From the IMG/VR virus record IMGVR_UViG_3300045001_000016, positions 36,850-100,849 of that record: DNA of 64,000 nucleotides; one strand, written 5' to 3'. The stretch is from a virus. Taxonomy: Duplodnaviria > Caudoviricetes. The position numbers and the translations under genes are program-made. Below the pieces are notes generated by a model. It ran no database searches. It was not told where the DNA came from and was given only the letters and a program-made list of their open reading frames with translations. Of the stretch, positions 50,598 through 61,005 are shown piece by piece (the first letter of the stretch is position 1; each line of letters begins with the position of its first letter).

Positions 50598-51158
50598 ATG
50601 AAGCGCACAACCTACGCGGCGCTACCTGTATGCCTAGCAGTAGCACTCTCCGTACCACCCGCAGCCGCGCACGCCGTCGGGGCGCAGGGTCGGCCCGCGC
50701 CCCTGCACGTCAAAGAGGCTGAAGTGATCCTGCAATCCAGCAGCGTGCAGGTCCAGCGCTGCTCGGAAACACTGCCTCCCCTGGACAGTGACTTTGGCAT
50801 CCTGGCCCAGGACTTTGATGCCGGTGTAGCACCCAACGCGGCGGGCTTGCGCGCCGATGCCCGGGCCACGCAGCAGACCTGCGGGGCGGCCAGCGTAAAA
50901 ATCGCCCGCATCCCCATCCCGTCCGCGCTACGACGGGTGGCAGCGCTGCGCCGCCTCGTCGTCCAGTTAGTCCAGATGACCCAGGACTTTCGGGCGGCGG
51001 GGGGGCACCTGGGCGTGGTGGCGGATGACTACGATCAGGGGACGCTGGGCACGGTGCAGGCGGAGTACAGCGCGGCCCTGGCCGCCTGGAACGGGGCGGG
51101 GGCCCACGCGCGCGACGCGGGGGTGGCGCTAACGGTCCTGCGCCAGGAGGGATTTTGA
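50598..51158 (+). CDS. Secreted helical protein
   Basis: Signal-peptide-like 'MKRTTYAALPVCLAVALSVPPAAAHA'; AAGGAG SD. Confidence 0.6.
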   Translation: MKRTTYAALPVCLAVALSVPPAAAHAVGAQGRPAPLHVKEAEVILQSSSVQVQRCSETLPPLDSDFGILAQDFDAGVAPNAAGLRADARATQQTCGAASVKIARIPIPSALRRVAALRRLVVQLVQMTQDFRAAGGHLGVVADDYDQGTLGTVQAEYSAALAAWNGAGAHARDAGVALTVLRQEGF

Positions 51159-52040
51159 CCCGCCAGGAGAAAGGAACAGAGAAGACTGGAAAGGACGAGG
51201 CCCCCACCATGAGCACCGCCCACGAACGCCACCACGCGGACGCGCTGGCCGCCCAGATGTCGCTGCCTGACCCGACGCTCGGAGAACGCGCCTACGTGTT
51301 GCGTTGCTATACCTGCGAGCGCACGGACGCAGGCGAGGGCGACGGCGCAGATATGGCTCACCTCTTAGCCCTGCTCAGCTACGCCGAGGGCTGGAGAGCG
51401 CGCAGGGGCAAGGTGTTTTGTCCCCGTTGCGCGCAGGGCGAGTAACCACTAACCACACACACACACCACCCACAGAAGGAGACCCCCCATGCGAGACCCC
51501 GAAGAGATCGAGGCCATCGTCGGAGTCCTGCGCGCGATGAACGCCGCGTGCGCCGACCTGGCCAGCTTCGCGCGGCAAGACGCCGTGGAAACGATCATTA
51601 ACAACTGGCAGGACGCCCTGCACACGGGGCATGACCTGGCCGCCCTGATCATCGACATCGACGACACCATCGCGGAATTGGCGCCGTATCGCGCCAACGT
51701 GTGCGCGCACTTTGGACTCGTGCGCAAGGAGGGCGTCGCATGAGCGAGCACGTCGACCGTGCCGTGCTGGATGAGCTGGCCGAGCGGGTGCAGGTCTACC
51801 ACCGCACGGAGTACTACGCCGTTTGCTCTTCCTGTGACTATGAGGAAGAGGATAGCGACTGGGAGGATGTGGGCGAGGCGGCGCGCACGCTCTATCTGCG
51901 CCATTGGCGCGTGCTAGGAGATAGCCTGCTCTGCCCCGATTGCGCCGAAGAGGCCGAGCAGATGCGTCCTGCAGTCCAGGAGTTCGTGCGCATCCTGGAC
52001 ACGGACGCCACAGACACACACGAGAGGGAGAACACGACCG

Positions 52041-52346
52041 ATGAATAGCTATAAGATGACCCAGGTGATTGACGGTCTTCGGTATGACACGGAGAAAGCC
52101 ACGTTAATCGCCCACGATTGTTACCATGATGGCCGCAATTTCGAGCGTCATGGGCGCAATCGGTATCTCTACCGCACCCCAAACGGACGCTTCTTCATCC
52201 AGCATCTGACCATGTGGCAAGGAGAACGGGATCGCCTGGAGGCCATCAGCGAAGAGGACGCGGTGCTTTTCTACGAGGGGTCGCTGACCGAGCACATGCT
52301 TGAATGGGATGAGGCGTTCCCCTCACGCGAGTTACGCGACGCCTAG
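52041..52346 (+). CDS. Conserved-looking hypothetical protein
   Basis: 'IDGLRYDTEKA..IA....LYRT.NGRFF'. Confidence 0.7.
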   Translation: MNSYKMTQVIDGLRYDTEKATLIAHDCYHDGRNFERHGRNRYLYRTPNGRFFIQHLTMWQGERDRLEAISEEDAVLFYEGSLTEHMLEWDEAFPSRELRDA

Positions 52347-54248
52347 CGAGATGACAGGGACAGCAGCGCCGGTCGTGGCCCATCAACACGATCGGCGCTG
52401 CCTCGCCCATGAGGAGGTGGATAGGCCGTACGCCCCACGGGTGCACCCCAGGGACATCGGTCTGTACGCCTGGAGAATACCACACACCAAGAGAGGAGAG
52501 CAGTAGGGTGGCAGGCCACATTCAGAAGGCATTTCGCGATCCCATCGTGGTGGCCAAGGACCCCCTTGGCCACGTGCGCGTGGTGCGCAGCACAGACGAC
52601 CCAGCACAGACGCGGGTCGAGGAGTGGATTGGCCAGGACGCCCCAGGCCAGCAGGACGGCCCTGACCCAAAGCGACCGGCGTGGCGGGCCTACTCGCGCA
52701 GCGCGTCGTGGATGCGCAGCGCGATTGGCGGCCTGGAGCGCATCGTCCTGGAGCAGGAGCGGCGCATCGCTGAGCTAGAAGCGCAGTACAGCGGGCTGGA
52801 GCGGGCCATGACACACGCGAGGATGCACCCGCGCGCTGAGGCGCATGCGGAGCCGGAGCACGCAGCAGATCCCCTGGACCTGCCGGGTGACCCAAGCGAT
52901 CCGCGCACCCCGGTCGCCTGGGCCATCCTGGAGGCCATCAAGGGACGCAACAACGCGGAGGTGGAGCGCCTCTCGGGCCTCTTGTGGGCCTTGCAGGAAC
53001 GCATCGCTGCGCGCACACACGAAGGAGAGCAAGAGACATGAGCACGGGCCTAGAGTGCGCCATCGTCGAGTGGGAGCCAAGGCGCTGGATGCTGGTCCTG
53101 CAGAACTGGGACTGCCCGCGCGGAGCCTTTGACTGGCGCGAGTGGGCGACGAGTTATGGCTTCTTCTTGAGCGAGGAAGAGGCTGAGGAGTTCTTACGCC
53201 AACACTTCGCCAATCCGGGCGGGCACGTGATCCTCACGCATGAGGACGTGCAGCAGTGGTCCGATCCAGCATGGTCAACCCTCGCCCGTACGGCGGAACG
53301 CAATCGCGGGGAGGTGGAGCGCACCAGCCTGGGTGGAGGCGTCTGGCTGCGCCTTGGTCACGCGCCCCGTCATGATCGGCGCTAATGCATAGCACACAAA
53401 GGAGAAGGAGAGAGAGGAATGATGGTCGCAACCTGTCCCTACTGCGGGTCGTCCCGCCTGCGCGTCCACTTCACGGAGCGCCGCGCCGCAGGCGTGCAGG
53501 TCGAGAACGGAGACCTCTCCTACGACCTGGACGTGCTGGACGAGCTGGTCGATACCATTGGCGACGAGGAGTACTTCTGCGATGACTGCGGGGCCTGCCA
53601 GATCAGCCCGCGCATCACGACGAAAGAGGAGCACACCCGATGATGCAGATTGACGCCCTCTACCGAGACTACGTCCACAAATGGCAGGTCCGTGCCGCAT
53701 TGGCCGAGCTATCCCAGGAGTACGCGTGGGTGGACGGCCTGCCTGAGCGTATCGATGAGATCGCCTCTGCCCTAGGGCTACTTGAGGATGAGGGAGAAGA
53801 GGAGGAGGAGGAGGAGGAGGACGATGAAGCATGTCCTGACCATTGACATCACCGGCGGCATCGGCACCATCGAGGGGGCCCCCGCCGAGGTGTGCGCGGG
53901 CGACCATATCCTGATCCGGGTGATCGATCGACCACCCGAGACGTACCCAGACTTTCCAGCGGGGCTGGAACAAGACGATCAAGGGCGATTTGTGCTCCTC
54001 AACGACGAACGTGAGATCGCCGTCGTCAATACGGCGATGCCCCTGCGCGTGGCGGCGCGCCAGCTCTGCGACCTGATCCTGCCCCCGCAGCGTAAGCGTG
54101 ACATCCTGCACAACCCCTACGAGGAGGTGCAGGCGGCACTCACCATCACGGACCCACTGGTGGAGGAGTGGACGGAGATGGACCTTGACGCGGTGAGTGC
54201 GGCGGCGGTCCATCTGGACGCGCTGCTCGCCCTCAACGAAGGACTGGA

Positions 54249-54950
54249 ATGATGGACCCCATCGAGAGTTTTGAGGCAACGGAGATGGCCTTCACGATCC
54301 TGTCCGATCCCGACGCCGAGGGCTACATTCAGGAGATGGCGCAGGGCGACGGCCTCACCTGGGACCAGGCCACGCGCACCTACGTACAGAACCGCCTGGT
54401 CGCCGTCAGCAACCGTCGCCTAAAGACGACGGCTTGTCCGTGCGATCCGGCACCACGCAAGGAGGCGACGGTCATGCCAGACATCAGGCCGGCTGACGGG
54501 TTGGCTAGACCACAACGACCCGCCTGGAGCGGACGGCACAAGCCACTACGCGCCGGATGCCTTGCGACACACCTTGCCCCTCCAGGCATGTTTCCCGTCC
54601 GCGTGGCGGGTGAGCGAACCCGCGTGAGCGAGTACACCCCAGGCCAGAGGCATCTCCCGCCACGCTGGGCAGGAGCGCCGTTGCCGCCATGTCCGCGTCG
54701 GTACTCCACTTTCAGTATCGCACCGTCCCGACGTTGTTGGCAGATTGCGACAGAAGCGTGCTGCTCGTCGCAGCACGCTCCATTCCTCTGGCGCCTAAAG
54801 GCGCCAGTCCCCTGGAGGTTTTCCATGGAAGACGAGCGGCGGGAGGAGGCCCTGGCGGACGCCGACCTGCGTGCGGTCGCTGCGGCCGAGGCGTGGGCCG
54901 CGCGCGTCATGGCGGCCATCGACTGGGACCTGATCCTGGAGGGAGACTGA
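54249..54950 (+). CDS. Small phage gene interrupted in-frame by mini-element A2
   Basis: Removing 54405-54824 gives ...QNRLVA|MEDERREE...; the frame is also open across the insert. Confidence 0.65.
   Translation: MMDPIESFEATEMAFTILSDPDAEGYIQEMAQGDGLTWDQATRTYVQNRLVAVSNRRLKTTACPCDPAPRKEATVMPDIRPADGLARPQRPAWSGRHKPLRAGCLATHLAPPGMFPVRVAGERTRVSEYTPGQRHLPPRWAGAPLPPCPRRYSTFSIAPSRRCWQIATEACCSSQHAPFLWRLKAPVPWRFSMEDERREEALADADLRAVAAAEAWAARVMAAIDWDLILEGD
54405..54824 (-). mobile_element. Non-autonomous IS200/IS605 mini-element A2 (relative of A1)
   Basis: Colinear with 13676-14075 in reverse complement; same CCAT junction motif and GCTGAC end. Confidence 0.8.
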
Positions 54951-54970
54951 TGACGAGCGATGCCCCTGTG

Positions 54971-55401
54971 GTCAGGTACCCCATGGCTAAAGCCAGGGGC
55001 TTGTACCCCCGGCTGTGGCCACGAGTTTTGGGGAGCCCTGCGCCATCGACCCAACGACCTCCCGGCACGGACCTCTGAGCGGCCTGACAGAGGGCGGCAC
55101 TGCCCCTAGCGCCCGTAGACGCCGCCGCTCCACGAGGACGGAGGGGAACCATGCATGCCTGACGTTCCCGGCAGATTTCTCGGCCCTAACCGCCTCGCCG
55201 CAGGATCGTCCTGCTGACCCACCACGCGCAGCCACTCCGGCAAACCGTTGTCCGGCCACGGGGCCGGTGCCTTACGGAGTCGCTGACTCCATCATAACAC
55301 GGATAGAAGGGAACTGACACAATGCAACAGAAGATGTCCATCGGACGCCTATCCGCTTTCCTCCCCACGGCTAAAGCCGGGGGCCTCCAGCGGAGCTTGT
55401 G
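54971..55401 (-). mobile_element. Non-autonomous IS200/IS605 mini-element B (second family)
   Basis: Both ends carry CCCC.(C/T)GGCTAAAGCC.GGGG hairpins; right end ...TACCTGAC; TCAC at the left junction; removal restores MTSDAPV|VILLNEY... Confidence 0.8.
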
Positions 55402-55598
55402 GTGATCCTGCTGAACGAGTACTCCTCTGAGGTGCAGGTGGAGGAGGCCCCCGCCTGGCTGGAGATCGAGGTGCGCGTCATCGCCGAGTACACCCTGGGC
55501 GAGTGGCGCGAGCAGCACGCGCGTGGCAACGACGTGCATCAGCACCCCGATGGCTATTGGTACCTGCGGCACCGCTTCCTGGGGCGGGCACGCCCCAG

Positions 55599-55931
55599 AT
55601 GAGCCTAGGGCTGGGCGAGAGGTTGCGCCGGGCGCGCAAAGCCGTCGGCCTCTCCCAGGAGGAGGCGTCAGCCCGCTCGGGCGTCTCGCGCGAGATGATT
55701 TCCTATTACGAGACGGGCGCGCGCACGCCGGGGCTGCGCGCGCTCTATCGCCTGGCCACCGTCTACGGCGTACCCCTGGATGACCTGGCCGCCGAGGACG
55801 GCGCAGGCGAGGATCGCTCAATCTGGAGCCGGCCCCGCGTCCCGACCCAGGGGAGCGCGCGCTCCTGGGGCGCTGGCGCACGCTGCGCGCCGCCGAGAGA
55901 AAGGAGGTGCTACGCTACCTGGACTACCTAG
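55599..55931 (+). CDS. XRE-family HTH regulator, apparently frameshifted in its C-terminal part
   Basis: 'LGERLRRARKAVGLSQEEA....GVSR..IS.YE.G.R.P....L..LA..YGV.LD.L'. Confidence 0.85.
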   Translation: MSLGLGERLRRARKAVGLSQEEASARSGVSREMISYYETGARTPGLRALYRLATVYGVPLDDLAAEDGAGEDRSIWSRPRVPTQGSARSWGAGARCAPPRERRCYATWTT

Positions 55932-56006
55932 CTTTTCGGCGCTACCACAAGCTGGACACGACCACCGACACACAGAGAACACACGCAGACACAGAAGGAG
56001 AGAGCC

Positions 56007-57029
56007 ATGGTGCAGATGACCGCAACGGAGAGCCTTGATGACCTAAAGCTCGCAGCCATCAAGGAGAAGGACGCGCTTTTGGGCGTTCTGGTCAGTTTTG
56101 ACATCGCGGGCGAGGTGGCCGACGACGTCGTGCAGGCGTCCTTTGGCACCGCCTTCGGGCGCGCCGATGGGCCACAGGGTCCGGGCACAGGGCGCGCCCT
56201 CTATAGCCCTGAACCCGTCTCGCCCGAAGTCGCCCACACGCGCGCCATCGATGACGCGACCAGGGGCATGAAGAACGTGAAAAAGACCCATCCGCAGGGA
56301 CGCGATGGGGTGTGGGACGTGACGATGGTGCCCTACGAGAACGGCGTGGCCCAGCCCAAGGTGGGCTTCCGCTCAGAGATCCAGGTCGATCAGTACGGCG
56401 TGCGCGTCTTCTGTAGCGGGCCCGACGCCGCCCAGTACGAGTACGCCATCCAGAGCGGTGTGCAGCACCACCTGCGCGTCCAGTCGGGGTCGGACATCAC
56501 GCAGAGCCTGGTCACGGACCTGATCCGGGGCCGCATGATGGGCGCGCGCTGGCGCAAGCGCGGCGGCATCTACTTCGTGCCGGCGGATGAGCACGGGCAC
56601 AACCTCGCCCTGCTCGATCAACTGGTTCAGGCCGTGCAGGGTGGGGTCGTGCTCGATCAGGCGGGCCAGGTCGCTCTGGACCGGCAGGGCAGGCCGAAGC
56701 GGGCCGGCGGCCTGAAGAACGGCGCGCGCGTGGACCTCGCGGGTAGCTATAACCACGCGCTCTTCCGCGCCAACGCCGCCGAACTCTTGCATGAGAGCCT
56801 GATGGACGACCTCGACCAGCTCGCGGCCGAACTGTCTGAGTTCGCCCAGGACACCAAGACGGGCAAGAAGGTCAAGGCTAGCACGATCGAGCAGCGCCTG
56901 GAGGCGTTCGAGTTCTTGCAAGGCCGGGCGCAGGTCTACGGGGACATCCTGGAGGCCCACTTTCTGGATGTTGGGGCGCGCGTGGAGCGGCTGCAAAAGG
57001 AGGCGCTGGCCTTGCTCGGGGTCGGGTGA
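56007..57029 (+). CDS. Hypothetical phage protein (DUF6744-like by recollection)
   Basis: 340 aa; 'GGIYFVP' and C-terminal 'T...RL..F..L..RA..Y..IL'. Confidence 0.6.
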   Translation: MVQMTATESLDDLKLAAIKEKDALLGVLVSFDIAGEVADDVVQASFGTAFGRADGPQGPGTGRALYSPEPVSPEVAHTRAIDDATRGMKNVKKTHPQGRDGVWDVTMVPYENGVAQPKVGFRSEIQVDQYGVRVFCSGPDAAQYEYAIQSGVQHHLRVQSGSDITQSLVTDLIRGRMMGARWRKRGGIYFVPADEHGHNLALLDQLVQAVQGGVVLDQAGQVALDRQGRPKRAGGLKNGARVDLAGSYNHALFRANAAELLHESLMDDLDQLAAELSEFAQDTKTGKKVKASTIEQRLEAFEFLQGRAQVYGDILEAHFLDVGARVERLQKEALALLGVG

Positions 57030-58323
57030 CAGCGGGGAACGCTGCATAGGAGACCCCGGGCGCATGATGCCAGCGCCTCCGCGATGCTCTTGGGTCAAAA
57101 GTGATCGACGAACAAAGGTGTTACTCACACGTCTTCCTAGGGCCTGACCCAGGACCCGGCCAAGGGCCTGGCCTGGCGCACCTGCGGAGGGGATCGCTCC
57201 ATCACCCCGTGGCCGAGAGCATGCGTCATCCTCTCCCACTGTCCACTGGCCGTTGACGACAGGTCATCCATGCCTGGGCACCTCCTCTCCTGCACATGCG
57301 CCCCCACTAGGCAGGGGAGCGGCTCTTGCCCGAGCACCGGACCCGCTGGCTGCGGACCGTCATCCCCATAGTACCAAGGAGGCCCCAACCCGTCTACGAT
57401 GTTGATGAACTAGCGCAACATACGAGGGATAAAGGAGGTAAGAATGCCCAAAGACCGTCACGCCCAGGAGCGCTACCGGCCGCGCTACCTGGTGCTGCCC
57501 GAGCCGCGCGGCAGCGTGGAGCACACGACATCCTGGGTGGTCGTGGATAGCGAGGTCTACGGCTCAGACCGGTACGAGCGGGGGCGCTTCCCCTTCACGC
57601 AGGGCGATCAGCGCGACCGGGCCCGGGCCTACAAGGAGGCCGAGGCGCTGGCTGGGCGTCTGAACGCTCGGCTGGCCTGGGAGCGCGCCCAATGAGGCGA
57701 GGCGTGCGCGGGGAGCAGGACGCGAGCAGCGCCCTGCCCCCCCGGTATCCGTTCGGCCATGCGCAGGCCACGCGTCAGTCTAGAGCCGCCCATCCATCCA
57801 CACACACGGCACACACGAAGGAGACCCCCGATGCCCGAGGAGCCCGAGGAGACCGCAGAACCCGCTAGACCCGACATAACGCACGCAGCGACGGACCCAG
57901 GCCCAGGCCGACGAGAGCGCACCGCGGCCCTGCAGCACCGCATCCGCCGCCTCCAGGGCGAGGTGCAGCGCACCAGCCGCCAGCTCGCCGCCCTGGAGCG
58001 ACGCAACCCCGACCCGCAGTGGCGCGACGTGCAGGTGCGCCGGCAGATCGACGCCTGGACGCTCACCTTACGCGAGCGCGAGCGCGAGCTGCGCGACAAC
58101 CAGGCCCTCCTGGCCCGCCTGGTGGGCGACCTAGATCAGGGACCGACGGACCACCAGGACGGGGCCGCACCCTAGGCCGCACCCTAGGCCGCACGTTCTA
58201 TATCCTTGGGGTTGGGCGTCCGCGTGACCCCACCGACCTGGCTCGGTGGCAGGCGCGGACGCCCACGAAAGCGGCACATCTTTGTTACAATGCAGACGAT
58301 CAGCCACACACACAGGAGATTCC

Positions 58324-58761
58324 ATGGCTACCAAGACAACACCCCAGGCGCACGGTGACCCGCGCGTGCGCCATCTCGGCGGCTCTATCTATGCCGTAAG
58401 ATCAGAGCCAGGGAAACCGGAGTATAGAGTCGACACGGCGGTACAATTCTGCTCCTGCAGCCACTGGCGCTTCCGCCTAGCCCAATTCCCTGTTGGGGAC
58501 GGTCGTCGCAGCTGCAAACACCTTAGGCTCGTTGGTCCGCCGCCGCCCGTGGGGGGTGGGGCTGACACGGCGGTGCTCAACGCCAAGATCAACGAGCTAG
58601 CGGGCCAGATCCAGCAACTCTGGGTGGAGCGGGAGATTTTTCGCATCAGGGCCGAGCGGGCCGAAGCGGGCCTGCCGGCACTGGACGAAGTTCAAATGGT
58701 GCAAGCACTGGAGGGCGCGGGGTTTGGCAGCGTCGTGATGGCTGAGGGAGCGCCCTCGTGA
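58324..58761 (+). CDS. SWIM zinc-finger protein
   Basis: 'FCSC..WRFR......CKH'; upstream TGTTACAAT extended -10 and CA+AGGAG leader. Confidence 0.8.
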   Translation: MATKTTPQAHGDPRVRHLGGSIYAVRSEPGKPEYRVDTAVQFCSCSHWRFRLAQFPVGDGRRSCKHLRLVGPPPPVGGGADTAVLNAKINELAGQIQQLWVEREIFRIRAERAEAGLPALDEVQMVQALEGAGFGSVVMAEGAPS

Positions 58762-61005
58762 GCGCGGATGACTCTTTGGGCGGCGTTCTGCCCTGGGTTC
58801 GCCTAGCGGGAGCGGTGCGCGCCGGCATCAGCCTGGAGTGCTCCTGCTGTCTACGCCTGCAGGAGGAGGGCTACCTGGCGTCCCCCGATCAGCGCCCCGA
58901 CATCTTCCTCTGCGACGCCTGCGCGCGCGCCCTGGCGCGCCTGGTCGGCACGACGCTGGCCCAGCAGCGCAAAGAGGCGAGGAGGTAAGCACACATGTCC
59001 CGATTCGTTGAGCGCCAAGCAAGCCTGGCGCAGGCCAAGCTCCAGGAAGCCGCGCGCATCGCCGTGGCCGAGGGCCAGACGCTCTACGTCTATCGCATCA
59101 GGAGCGTTCCCCCCGAGTACCTGTACTGCCATCACCGCTCGACCGCCGAGCGCAGCGGGATACTGGAGGGGATCGTGTACCCGGATGGACAGATTGAGCC
59201 GCTATGAAACGCACACAAGCAAGCAAGCGCAAAGCGGCAAAAGGTGGCCAGGGGCGTGCGAAGCTCCCCAAGAAGCGCTTTGGGGACTTTGAACGCCGCT
59301 TCGCCCAGAAGGCGGGCGCTGGAGGGTTCAGATGAGCGTCGAGCATAGCGAGACCGTGCAGGGACAGAATCTATCCGACTGGCGGGTGCGCTGCGTGCGC
59401 TACCTGATTGAAGGGTGCCACGCCGCCAAGCTCAGCCAGCACTTCGTGGCCGAGGCCCCTGGCGAGGAGCCGGACCTGTGCTACCTGCTCTACGAGCAGA
59501 CCAAAGGCGGCGAGAAGCAGACCAGCGTGGTGGCCGACGTCGAACGCGTCACCACCCTTGCGCCCATCCTGGGGGGCACCAGGGATGTGGTGGCCTACCA
59601 GGTGCACACGGTGCGCCACCGGGCGGCGACCCGCTATGAGCCAGAAGACCAGGAGCTGGTCAAGGAGGGGCCGCCGCGTTTCACTGAGGCGATCGCGGCG
59701 ACGGAAGCCGTGCTCTGGGTGGTGCGGCAGGCCGTGGAAGGGGCCATCGAGAGTGAGGCCATCACGATAGAGAGGGAGAGGGAGGGCGCGTCCGGGACGT
59801 CCGGGGGGGCGGGATGAGCAGCCAGAGCCACGGATGGGGCGAGGAGCAGCGTCTGCGGGACCTCTTGCGGCCAGCGCCCGGTGAGCCGGGGGAGATGGAC
59901 GACCCCTATCGGGTACACCTGCATCACAAGGGTCGCTTCGCAGAGGACCCACACGACGAGAAAGGAGAGAAGGCGTGGGGCGCGCATCGCACACCAAGCA
60001 GGAACGAGCAGAGCACTGGAAGAGGCGGGCCGCGCCGCCCCTGGAGCAGGCACTACAGGAGGTGGCCGTCGTAGAAGAGGCCGCGCTCGGCCCCGAGGAG
60101 TTGTGCGCGCCGCGCCTGCACCTCTTCTTGCCCGATGGCTCGGTCGTGCTGATCCTGCTAGCCACCCCGGGGGCGGGTCCTGAGTATGCGGCGCTGGCGC
60201 GCGCTCTGATCGCCAGCCGCCCCTACCCCGTCCAGGCGGCGGTCGTGGCCACCGAAGCCTGGATGGCCACGACCGTCTCTGAGCAGGGCGACCCAGGGGG
60301 AGAGCCCGACCCCTTCCTGCGCGACTGGCTCGCCCGACGCGCCGCGGGCGAGCCCCTTGGGGTCGTTGATCTGCCGCCCGACTACCGGCGCGAGGTGCTC
60401 GTGCTCTACGGCGAGGATAGGGAGGGCCATGACGCCGTGCGCCTGTACCAGATCACGCCGCGCGTGGGTCCCGCGCCCGCGAAGCGCGGTATCGTCCCGC
60501 TCACGCGGCGCGCAGGCACGGAGTCGGGCGGCGGCGGCAAGGGCTATGAGCGCATGCCCCAGAACCGCTTCCGCCCGCTCTTCGCCGTGCAGGCGGCGCT
60601 GCGGGCCGGGTACTCCGAGGAGTTCGCGCGCCAGGTGATGACGCTTGAGGTGGCATCCTTGGGCATCGACCTACGCTGCATCGTGGAGCGGCGGCTGTGA
60701 GCGCGCAGAGTGAGCGGGGTGGACCGGCCCAAGCGGTCATCAAGCACGCCAACCTGGAAGCCTGGTCGGCGTGGATCGAGCACCAAATCGCGCTTGCCGA
60801 GGGCGACAGAGCCGTGGCTGCCCGAACAGGGCAGGTCGGGAGCGCGCAGATGCAGGCGGCGCGCCCTCGCTGGTGGCCGCGCGCTTTCGGACGGGAGAGG
60901 AGGTCGTGCTGGACGAGGTCTGGGGCCGGCGTGCTGCCCTGGAGCGCGCCGGCTATTGGCGAGGTATCATCGACGCACAGAAGGAGAAGGAGGAGAGACC
61001 AAGAG

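Noticed and set aside
54405-54824. Reading A1/A2 as IscB/HEARO omegaRNA on the GTCAGC-first strand
   Set aside because: The GTCAGC...GGCTTG start resembles HEARO, but the conserved GNRA loops and the extended -10 lie on the opposite strand, favouring a TnpB-type RNA. Not fully excluded.
13676-54824. A1/A2 as a DGR template/variable repeat pair or as invertible-segment repeats
   Set aside because: Differences are not adenine-specific, no reverse transcriptase or invertase was seen, and the ends are IS200/IS605-type.
54249-55602. IStron (self-splicing group I intron) explanation for the intragenic elements
   Set aside because: The structured strand is antisense to the host mRNA, the right end is C rather than an omega-G, and no group I core was recognisable.
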